Of a stretch of 64,000 nt of DNA, positions 58,101 through 64,000 are shown piece after piece. The position numbers were made by a program, and so were the translations under genes. The notes beneath the pieces are model-generated. The model did no database searches and was not told the DNA's origin. It saw only the letters and a list, made by a program, of their open reading frames with translations. Origin of the DNA: an uncultured Planctomycetales bacterium (GTDB lineage Bacteria; Omnitrophota; Gorgyraeia; Zapsychrales; JAHFFX01); assembly GCA_964612665.1 (NCBI GenBank), contig CAZTCI010000006.1, positions 141,750 to 205,749 on the forward strand, written 5' to 3'. Each line of letters opens with the position of its first letter. Within the stretch, counting starts at the first letter, position 1.

Positions 58101-58534
58101 ATTTGAATCAACCGACCAAAACGGATGAAGTCATTAAAGACGGCTGGTATTACACGGGCGACATTGCGCAGATGGATGAGGACGGATTCATAACGATCAC
58201 CGACCGCTCGAGCCGTTTCAGTAAAATCGGCGGAGAAATGGTGCCGCACATCAGGGTCGAAGAAGCGATTCATAAAATCCTTAACGCCTCAGAACAAATC
58301 GCGGTTGTGACTTCAATTCCCGATGATAAAAAAGGAGAACGGCTTGCCGTTTTTTACGCCAAAGATATCGATATGCCTGATTTGATCGCCAAATTAAAAA
58401 ACGACGGCTTGCCGAATCTCTGGATTCCGGACAAAGATTTATTCGCCAAAATCGATGCGCTTCCCTTATTAGGCAGCGGCAAATTGGATTTAGGCACAAT
58501 CAAACGCAAAGCGCAGGAAGTTTTTCTTAACTGA
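55136..58534 (+). CDS. aas: Tri-domain fusion: MFS lysophospholipid transporter (LplT-like) + PlsC-type acyltransferase + acyl-ACP synthetase/AMP-ligase (Aas-like)
   Basis: Residues about 1-400 have 12 TM helices of an MFS transporter. About 400-620 has the PlsC motifs LASNHISYLDAVLL and FPEGHLTRTGN. About 620-1132 has the AMP-binding motifs TSGSTGEPKGVMLTH, YGCTE, and GWYYTGD. Confidence 0.8.
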   Translation: MAKSLKQLGFKALLVTQFLEAFNDNALKFVVTFVAIDYFTKSNLGNLFVSLAGAVFILPFLLFSTYAGYLADRFSKKKILVTAKIAELFILTFGLIAFIQINMTGMLAVLFLMGLHSAFFSPSKYAILPEILDKDDLSEGNGQMQMWTYAAIILGQACGGYLLQLFNAALFKTYFVFIGIAVVGIVTSLFIPTVRPSGSKRPMAWNFLKEIAGNVSFVKTNRTIFLSIVALVYFSFLGGIFQPNILLYARNMMGVDPFLSSILLVSISLGIGIGSLMAGRFSDQKIELGLVPFGAIGLSIFSIVLGFSYHSFYNVFLTLFLLGMSSGFYIVPLNTLVQYESPADQRGRIIATNNFFSFLAILVASLSIYLFGEVLKINPAKTFVILGVVTIGGTIYICRLLPYALVRLFVWLLTHTLYKIRVIDKNNVPAQGGALLASNHISYLDAVLLVVTVQRPIRFLMSREVYENSIFKFLFKIGRAIPINSTDNPKEIIRALHTAKEALKAGELVCIFPEGHLTRTGNTLKFNAGVEHIVKGVDTPIIPVNLDRIWGSIFSWERGKFLYKWPKIIPYPVTVSFGKPLPSTTNAFEIRSKVMELGADAFQYRLEDKLTLPESFWREARKHPQKFCIGDSTGKKLDYGMTLVSAVVIASKIRVRLDQEKTVGILIPPSVGAALVNIAVSSLNKVPVNINYTSSKEAIQSIVKQCAMQYVITSRVFLEKIGIEITCEKIFIEDIVASISKMDQLKAFGVAFAFPSVLSHRLIFGPKACREHEKLATIMFTSGSTGEPKGVMLTHGNVISNLEGLYQVFNIQKNDVMVGILPFFHSFGFTGTLWFPLITGIGAVYHNNPLDAKVIGKLIAEYKVTILMTTPTFLSSYIRRCEPKQFKSLRMVTVGAEKLKENLAEEFKNKFGLEPMEGYGCTELSPVVSINLPDNEREGSLQKAHKRGTIGLPLPGIAIKILDQNSSEPLGANQNGLLFVKGPNVMKGYLNQPTKTDEVIKDGWYYTGDIAQMDEDGFITITDRSSRFSKIGGEMVPHIRVEEAIHKILNASEQIAVVTSIPDDKKGERLAVFYAKDIDMPDLIAKLKNDGLPNLWIPDKDLFAKIDALPLLGSGKLDLGTIKRKAQEVFLN

Positions 58535-58544
58535 CGAACAGACT

Positions 58545-58630
58545 TCCGCGGCCGGCTGTTTACTCAGGCGATCCAGTTCCCGCCTTTCTGTAAAGAAGGT
58601 AGGCGGGAGCTGATCGGAGTTCGTTGACAG
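58545..58630. repeat. Copy B of the intergenic hairpin element (see 50090-50197)
   Basis: gcgatccagttcccgcc-tttctgtaaagaaggt-aggcgggagctgatcgg-agttcgttgacag. Confidence 0.75.
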
Positions 58631-58659
58631 CCACCGTGAAAGTCTTGAGCAGCCTACTA

Positions 58660-59400
58660 ATGACGAACCAAATTGTAAAAACCCTAAAAGCCGCAGATAA
58701 TCACCTTGTCCATTGTGATTTGTACGCTAGAAATTCCGACAAACTAATCATCATCGCCCCAGGATTTTTTAACAGTAAACAAGCGTTGCTCATGAAAGAT
58801 CTGGCCCAAAGTTTGAATGATAACTATGACGCGATGATTGTAGATTTCCGCGGTCATGGGCAAAGTAAAGGATGGTTTTATTGGACGAGCAAAGAATATC
58901 TGGATCTGCTGGCGGTCTTTGAATATGCTAAACAACATTACAAGAAAGTCGGCCTCGTCGGATTTTCTTTGGGTGCGGCGACGAGTTTGATTGCTTTTTC
59001 CAAATCGGACGTTGTTGATTCGGTCATTGCGGTAAGCGCCCCATCGGCATTTGAAAAGATTGAATTTTATTTTTGGCAATTGAATTTCAAATTGGATATC
59101 CAATACAGTCTTTTCAGCGAAGGCCGCATTGGCAAGGGCGTCAGGCCCGGGCCTTTTTGGTTGCCGAAGGAAAAACCGCGGGATGTTGTCGCGATTTTGC
59201 AGCGACCTGTTTTTTACATTCATGGTGCGGACGACTGGCTTATCAAGCCCTGGCATTCTCAATTGTTGTATGAAAAAACCGCCTCCAAAATAAAAAAATT
59301 CGAAATCATCAAAACCGCCCCGCACGCCGAATATATGATGAAAACGCATCGTAAAGAGTTTATAAAGCTGATTCGAGATTGGTTTCAAGAAACGTTATAA
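58660..59400 (+). CDS. Alpha/beta-fold hydrolase
   Basis: GFSLGAATS nucleophile elbow (GxSxG) with Asp/His further downstream. Start set at the first ATG after repeat element B; the track ORF begins at 58624 with TTG. Confidence 0.65.
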   Translation: MTNQIVKTLKAADNHLVHCDLYARNSDKLIIIAPGFFNSKQALLMKDLAQSLNDNYDAMIVDFRGHGQSKGWFYWTSKEYLDLLAVFEYAKQHYKKVGLVGFSLGAATSLIAFSKSDVVDSVIAVSAPSAFEKIEFYFWQLNFKLDIQYSLFSEGRIGKGVRPGPFWLPKEKPRDVVAILQRPVFYIHGADDWLIKPWHSQLLYEKTASKIKKFEIIKTAPHAEYMMKTHRKEFIKLIRDWFQETL

Positions 59401-59476
59401 AAATGTTGAACCTATAGCGCAAAAAATTATGATAATCTACTATAGTGTTCTAAGAGACTTTCATTAGAGGTGAAGA

Positions 59477-59962
59477 ATGCGGATTGCGATCGGTTCGGAT
59501 CACGCCGGATTTGAACTTAAAGAAATTCTAATTAAATTTCTTAAACAAAAAGAATATAAAATCCTCGATGTCGGCGCTTACAACGCCAGGCCCAGCGATT
59601 ATCCGGATTTCGCCGTAAAAATCGGTCGGGCTTTGCTCGACGGAAAAGCGCACCGAGGCATTTTAATTTGCGGCAGCGGTGTTGGCGCCGGCGTTGCAGC
59701 CAACAAAATCCCCGGCATCCGCGCCGGACTTTGCCATGACACTTATTCAGCCCACCAAGGCGTTGAACATGATGATATCAACGTGCTCGTCTTGGGCAGC
59801 CGCGTTATCGGTGTCGAACTTGCTAAAGAATTAGTCTTAACATTTCTTAAAGCTGAATTTTCAAACGAACCGCGGCACAAACGCCGGCTCAAAAAAATTC
59901 ATTTGCTCGAAGACCACCCCAACCCCGGGGGTTGGGGTGGTCTTCGGACACATTTAACTTGA
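59477..59962 (+). CDS. rpiB: Ribose-5-phosphate isomerase B
   Basis: MRIAIGSDHAGFELKE...GILICGSGVGAGVAANK... RpiB/LacAB signature. Confidence 0.85.
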   Translation: MRIAIGSDHAGFELKEILIKFLKQKEYKILDVGAYNARPSDYPDFAVKIGRALLDGKAHRGILICGSGVGAGVAANKIPGIRAGLCHDTYSAHQGVEHDDINVLVLGSRVIGVELAKELVLTFLKAEFSNEPRHKRRLKKIHLLEDHPNPGGWGGLRTHLT

Positions 59963-60032
59963 ATACGACTAGTCGAATTCGCGGCGATTCGTGTATCATT
60001 AGCGGCAATTCGCGTTAATAAGGAGAAATAAA

Positions 60033-60935
60033 ATGCAAATCGGATTCATAGGATTAGGCAAAATGGGCGGCCATATGGTCCGGCGGCTTTTAAAAGACGG
60101 ACATAAGGTCGTTGTTTATGATAAAAGTCCTGAACCCGTTCAGGAATTAGTCAATGAAGGGGCGACGGGCGCGAAGTCGCTTAGTGATTTAGTTAAGAAT
60201 TTGATCTCGCCTAAAGTCGTGTGGTGCATGGTCCCGGCGGGTGAGGTTACACTGCAAACCATCCGTACGCTTAGCGCCGAGCTGTCGAAAGGCGATATCG
60301 TCATCGACGGCGGAAATTCTTTTTACAAAGATTCAAAAAAGACCGCCGAGGAATTGGCTCAAAAAGGAATTCGATTCATCGACGCTGGAACGAGCGGCGG
60401 GATTTGGGGATTGAAGAACGGGTATTGTTTAATGATCGGCGGTGATGCGGAGGTTTTTAAATCGTTGGAACCGATTTTTAAAACCTTGGCGCCCAAAGAC
60501 GGGTACAAACACGTCGGGCCCAGTGGCGCTGGACATTTTGTTAAAATGATTCACAACGGCATCGAGTATGGAATGCTGCAAGCTTATGCGGAAGGTTTTG
60601 AAATTTTAAAATCGTCGGATTATCCTTTAGACTTAGCGGCGATCGCGCATCTTTGGAATCAGGGCAGTGTCGTACGTTCATGGATTCTTGAACTGGCCGA
60701 AAACGCTTTTGGTAAAAATCCAAATCTCGATGGGATTGCGCCTTACGTGTCGGATTCTGGCGAAGGCCGCTGGACAGTGGCGGAGGCCATTGAAAAAAAT
60801 GTTCCGGCACCGGTCATCACACTTTCCTTATTAGAACGCCTGCGTTCGCGCGAAGAAGAATGTTTCAGCGACAAAGTCATCGCCGCGCTGCGGAATGAAT
60901 TTGGCGGGCATAGTGTTAAGAAAGATACTCGATAA
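60033..60935 (+). CDS. gnd: 6-phosphogluconate dehydrogenase (decarboxylating), short about 300-aa form
   Basis: MQIGFIGLGKMGGHMVRRL Rossmann N-terminus, GTSGGIWG, and HFVKMIHNGIEYGMLQAYAEGF. Confidence 0.8.
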   Translation: MQIGFIGLGKMGGHMVRRLLKDGHKVVVYDKSPEPVQELVNEGATGAKSLSDLVKNLISPKVVWCMVPAGEVTLQTIRTLSAELSKGDIVIDGGNSFYKDSKKTAEELAQKGIRFIDAGTSGGIWGLKNGYCLMIGGDAEVFKSLEPIFKTLAPKDGYKHVGPSGAGHFVKMIHNGIEYGMLQAYAEGFEILKSSDYPLDLAAIAHLWNQGSVVRSWILELAENAFGKNPNLDGIAPYVSDSGEGRWTVAEAIEKNVPAPVITLSLLERLRSREEECFSDKVIAALRNEFGGHSVKKDTR

Positions 60936-60943
60936 AGAGGTTT

Positions 60944-60994
60944 TGGGTCTTAGGTTTTAGGTGCTAGTCAAAAATCCTAACACCTAAGACCCAG
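60944..60994 (+). terminator. Long imperfect hairpin after gnd containing taggt(g/t) direct repeats
   Basis: tgggtcttaggt at 60944-60955 pairs with acctaagaccca at 60982-60993; cacctaa is repeated three times downstream. No T-run follows. Confidence 0.4.
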
Positions 60995-61012
60995 CACCTA
61001 ACACCTAAAAGT

Positions 61013-62605
61013 ATGATCAACAAAATTCCCCTAAAAGTCCAAGTCCACTGCGCTGATCCTCACGAAAAACCAATGGATCCATGTGCGATCGTTATTTTCG
61101 GCGCCTCAGGCGATCTTGCGCACCGTAAACTTTTACCGGCGCTATTCGCGCTCTTCTGCGCTAAACGGTTGCCGGATCATTTTTTTATCCTCGGGTTTTC
61201 GCGCAGTCCGTGGAACGACGAGGATTTTCGTAAAGAAGTGAAAGCCACTTTAGAAAAAGAGAGCCCCGCTAATTCTGCGCTGTTAAAAAAATTTCTTCAG
61301 TTCCTTTATTACCGCGTGGCCGACTGGGAAGATAAAAATTCCTTTCGTCATCTGGCCTCCGCGCTCGATGATTTAGAAGCTAAACATAAGACGCGCGGCA
61401 ATGTTCTTTTTTATCTGGCCATTCCGCCGGACGCTTATGGCGGCACAATGACCCATCTCAACCGCGAAAATTTGATTCGACCTTTAAAGTCCGGTCAGCC
61501 GTGGACAAGAATCATTTTTGAAAAACCTTTCGGCCACGATCTGGGATCCGCTCAAAAACTTAATTTGTGTCTTCACAAGTTCCTCGACGAGAAACAAATC
61601 TACCGTATTGATCATTATCTCGGTAAAGAAACAGTTCAAAACATTTTGATGTTCCGTTTCGCGAATTTAATTTTTGAACCGCTTTGGAACCACCAGTATA
61701 TTGATCATATTCAAATCATGGCCTATGAAACACTCGGCGTTGAGCACCGGGCGGCGTATTATGACAAGGCCGGCGCACTGCGCGATATGTTCCAAAATCA
61801 TATGTTCCAGCTTCTAACTTTATGCGCCATGGAACCGCCCGCGCATTTAATCGCTGACCAATATCAAGACGAGAAAGCGCAAGTACTGTCTTCCTTGCGG
61901 CCGATTCCCAAAGGTCAAATCGATCAATTCGTCGTGCGCGGTCAATATGACAGCGGAACGATCGACGGTAAAAAGGTTCCGGCTTACCGGCAGGAAGAAG
62001 GAATCAACCCTAAATCCAAGACCGAAACATTTATCGCGATGAAACTTTTCATCGATAACTGGCGCTGGCACGGTGTTCCGTTTTATTTAAGGTCGGGGAA
62101 GCGTTTGAATTTTCAAGGGACAGAAATTCTCATACAATTCAAACAAATCCCGCATTCGATTTTTCCTTCTTTTAAACACGACCAGTTTGCTTCAAATATT
62201 TTGTGCTTTAGAATCCAGCCGGACGAAGGCATCGCGCTGCGTTTTGAAGCCAAACAGCCCGGGCCAGCGATGAACATTGCTTCGATTAATTTTAATTTTG
62301 ATTATAAAAGTACCTTTCAATCCCAGCTCATGAGTGCGTATGAGCGGCTGCTTTTAGACTGCATGCACGGCGATCAAACACTCTTTATTAGAGAAGACAT
62401 TGTTGAGTTGTCATGGAAATTTATGACGCCGATTTTAAAAGAATGGGAAAAATCACCTTCAAATTCAAAAAAGCTCCCGCTTTACGCCTCAGGCTCCTGG
62501 GGCCCGCCGCAAGCAAAAGCCTTGATTGAACAAGACGGCCGCAAATGGCGCTCCTACGTTCCCAATTACAATTTTCCGACGGATGGGGAAGGTAAGAAGT
62601 TGTAA
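61013..62605 (+). CDS. zwf: Glucose-6-phosphate 1-dehydrogenase
   Basis: IVIFGASGDLAHRKLLPALF, RIDHYLGKE, and the full about 500-aa length. Confidence 0.9.
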   Translation: MINKIPLKVQVHCADPHEKPMDPCAIVIFGASGDLAHRKLLPALFALFCAKRLPDHFFILGFSRSPWNDEDFRKEVKATLEKESPANSALLKKFLQFLYYRVADWEDKNSFRHLASALDDLEAKHKTRGNVLFYLAIPPDAYGGTMTHLNRENLIRPLKSGQPWTRIIFEKPFGHDLGSAQKLNLCLHKFLDEKQIYRIDHYLGKETVQNILMFRFANLIFEPLWNHQYIDHIQIMAYETLGVEHRAAYYDKAGALRDMFQNHMFQLLTLCAMEPPAHLIADQYQDEKAQVLSSLRPIPKGQIDQFVVRGQYDSGTIDGKKVPAYRQEEGINPKSKTETFIAMKLFIDNWRWHGVPFYLRSGKRLNFQGTEILIQFKQIPHSIFPSFKHDQFASNILCFRIQPDEGIALRFEAKQPGPAMNIASINFNFDYKSTFQSQLMSAYERLLLDCMHGDQTLFIREDIVELSWKFMTPILKEWEKSPSNSKKLPLYASGSWGPPQAKALIEQDGRKWRSYVPNYNFPTDGEGKKL

Positions 62606-62711
62606 GAATATAGGGGCAGAGAAGTCTATACAATACCATATACAATTCCTATACAATTATGGTATATTTTATATGGCTTCTTTCAAGATGATTTATGAAA
62701 GCCAGTAAACT

Positions 62712-63722
62712 ATGTTTAATCCACACTACCGTTCAACGCCATACCTTCTTCAGTGTCTGGAAAAAATCGCGGCTCATCTCGCGCTTTTGAAAGCGGCACC
62801 GGCAAAAACGACGTTGCGTTTGAAGATCGAACGTGAGGCGGTCATTCAAAACGTCCATTCTTCAACTTGGATTGAAGGAAATACATTGTCGCTGGAACAG
62901 GTTTCAAATCTTTCGGTGAACAAGGATGTCAATGCGCCTGAGCGTCAAAAACGGGAAGTGTCGAATGCCCTAAAGGCTCTGCGGTGGACCATGAAGAATA
63001 AGACGGCCGCATTGACTGAACAAAAATTATTAAAACTGCATGCGTTGATGACCAACGGGCTTCTATCCCCGACGCGTATTGGCGTTTACCGGAATATCCC
63101 AAATTTTATTGTGGATGGGCGAAACACCGTTATTTATACGCCGCCGGCTGTTCAGCAAGTTGGCAAGCGCATGAAAGATCTTTTTGCCTGGCTCAACAAA
63201 AAGGAAATTGAGCATGGCATTGTCCGTTCGGCTATTTTTCATCACGAATTTGTCGCCGTACATCCGTTTGTGGATGGGAATGGCCGGGTGGCCCGCGCTG
63301 CTAGTCAATGGCTGCTATGGGAAAAAGGGTATGATCCCGTCGTGACATTAGGATTAGATGAATTTTTTGCCTTGGACCGTTCGCGTTATTACGATATGAT
63401 TAAACAAACGCATGAAATGGATGGTGATTACACGCACTGGATTGGATATGTAACCGAAGGAGTTTTGCAAAGTGTTGAACGGACGGTCAAAAGATTCCAA
63501 CATCACAAGCGTTTGGCCAAAGGTGTTAAAATTATTTTGACGCCTAAACAAGAAGAATTGATCGCTTTGCTTAATGACCGCGGCGTTTTAAGCTCGTCGG
63601 AAATTGGAAAGGTCATGAACATCCAGCGCGCGAGGGTCAATCAGCTGATCGCGCCTTTGCTCAAAGCGGGTATTGTCAGTAAAGAAGGCAGTACGCGGGC
63701 CGCGCGTTATCGGCTGGCGTAA
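62712..63722 (+). CDS. Fic-family protein (Fic domain + C-terminal winged HTH)
   Basis: Fic motif HPFVDGNGRVARA; C-terminal wHTH region QEELIALLNDRGVLSSSEIGKVMNIQRARVNQLI. Confidence 0.8.
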   Translation: MFNPHYRSTPYLLQCLEKIAAHLALLKAAPAKTTLRLKIEREAVIQNVHSSTWIEGNTLSLEQVSNLSVNKDVNAPERQKREVSNALKALRWTMKNKTAALTEQKLLKLHALMTNGLLSPTRIGVYRNIPNFIVDGRNTVIYTPPAVQQVGKRMKDLFAWLNKKEIEHGIVRSAIFHHEFVAVHPFVDGNGRVARAASQWLLWEKGYDPVVTLGLDEFFALDRSRYYDMIKQTHEMDGDYTHWIGYVTEGVLQSVERTVKRFQHHKRLAKGVKIILTPKQEELIALLNDRGVLSSSEIGKVMNIQRARVNQLIAPLLKAGIVSKEGSTRAARYRLA

Positions 63723-63785
63723 TGAGTAATGTTTTTTCAAACAAAAGAAAAATTTACTTTTAAGTTTTATTGAAAGGAGTTCACT

Positions 63786-64000
63786 ATGAAAACAGATAAA
63801 AAACAACCAAACACCGGTAAAGCCGCGGCGAAAAAATCTGCACCCGGCGGGGCGCCGGTTGTTCACTGGGAGTTGATGTCAAAAGATCCCGCGAAAGTTT
63901 CCGATTTTTACACAAAAGTTTTTGATTGGAAGATCCAGCACCTTCCCGAGATGAATTACCGTGTCGTTGACACCGGCAGTGAAGCCGGAATCAAAGGCGG
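63786..64000 (+). CDS. VOC/glyoxalase-family protein, 5' partial at the window edge
   Basis: AAAGGAG RBS, then MKTDKKQPNTGKAAAKKSAPGGAPVVHWELMSKDPAKVSDFYTKVFDWKI..., a glyoxalase/bleomycin-resistance-like beta-alpha-beta-beta-beta start. The ORF runs off the end of the window. Confidence 0.5.
   Translation, partial: MKTDKKQPNTGKAAAKKSAPGGAPVVHWELMSKDPAKVSDFYTKVFDWKIQHLPEMNYRVVDTGSEAGIKG

Noticed and set aside
1-64000. Searched for tRNA/rRNA genes, CRISPR arrays, integrases, transposases or phage genes that would mark a mobile island
   Set aside because: No tRNA acceptor/T-arm consensus (GGTTCGAATCC-like), no repeat-spacer arrays and no recombinase-like ORFs were found. The window looks like core chromosome with accessory EPS content.

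Overview
This 64 kb window is a chromosomal segment of an AT-rich (roughly 40-45% GC) diderm bacterium, read with the standard genetic code. Genes are densely packed, mostly on the + strand, and I found no rRNA, tRNA, CRISPR array, integrase or transposase. From start to end the window contains: (1) a subtilisin-like S8 protease gene interrupted by an in-frame TGA. (2) A six-gene two-component signalling island at 1.2-6.8 kb with a co-transcribed thioredoxin-like membrane protein (a receiver-only gene, an HTH-receiver regulator, a membrane sensor histidine kinase, a CBS-pair protein, a hybrid receiver-kinase and a tandem-receiver protein). (3) A Tex-N/MORN membrane protein, a TetR regulator, a 2Fe-2S ferredoxin and a PNPOx-like protein. 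(4) An outer-membrane protein followed by a modA-mop-modB-modC molybdate uptake operon. (5) A porin followed by znuA/znuB-like metal uptake genes. (6) A leader with strong predicted structure ahead of a secreted beta-helix/Ig/FN3 protein. (7) A roughly 17 kb Wzx/Wzy-type polysaccharide biosynthesis locus at about 20.0-37.2 kb, containing a Wza exporter, an unusual Wzc BY-kinase fused to a Wzy-like domain, flippase, polymerase, GT4/GT2 transferases, a deacetylase, a putative glucuronyl C5-epimerase, and the PglF/DegT/PglC-like trio that makes an amino-dideoxy-hexose primer. (8) An HxlR-pirin pair. (9) A complete Complex I gene set arranged as two convergent blocks, nuoABCDEFGHI on + and nuoJKLMN on -, separated by a CPA-type Na+/H+ antiporter, with long intercistronic hairpins at several junctions. 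(10) A MarR regulator next to a three-domain LplT-PlsC-Aas fusion. (11) An alpha/beta hydrolase, rpiB, gnd and zwf. (12) A Fic protein and a partial VOC-family gene at the window edge. The most novel-looking items are the Wzc-Wzy fusion, the Tex_N-MORN architecture, the C5-epimerase-like gene, an intergenic element present in two copies with compensatory stem changes, a possible c-di-GMP-riboswitch-like leader, and the interrupted protease.
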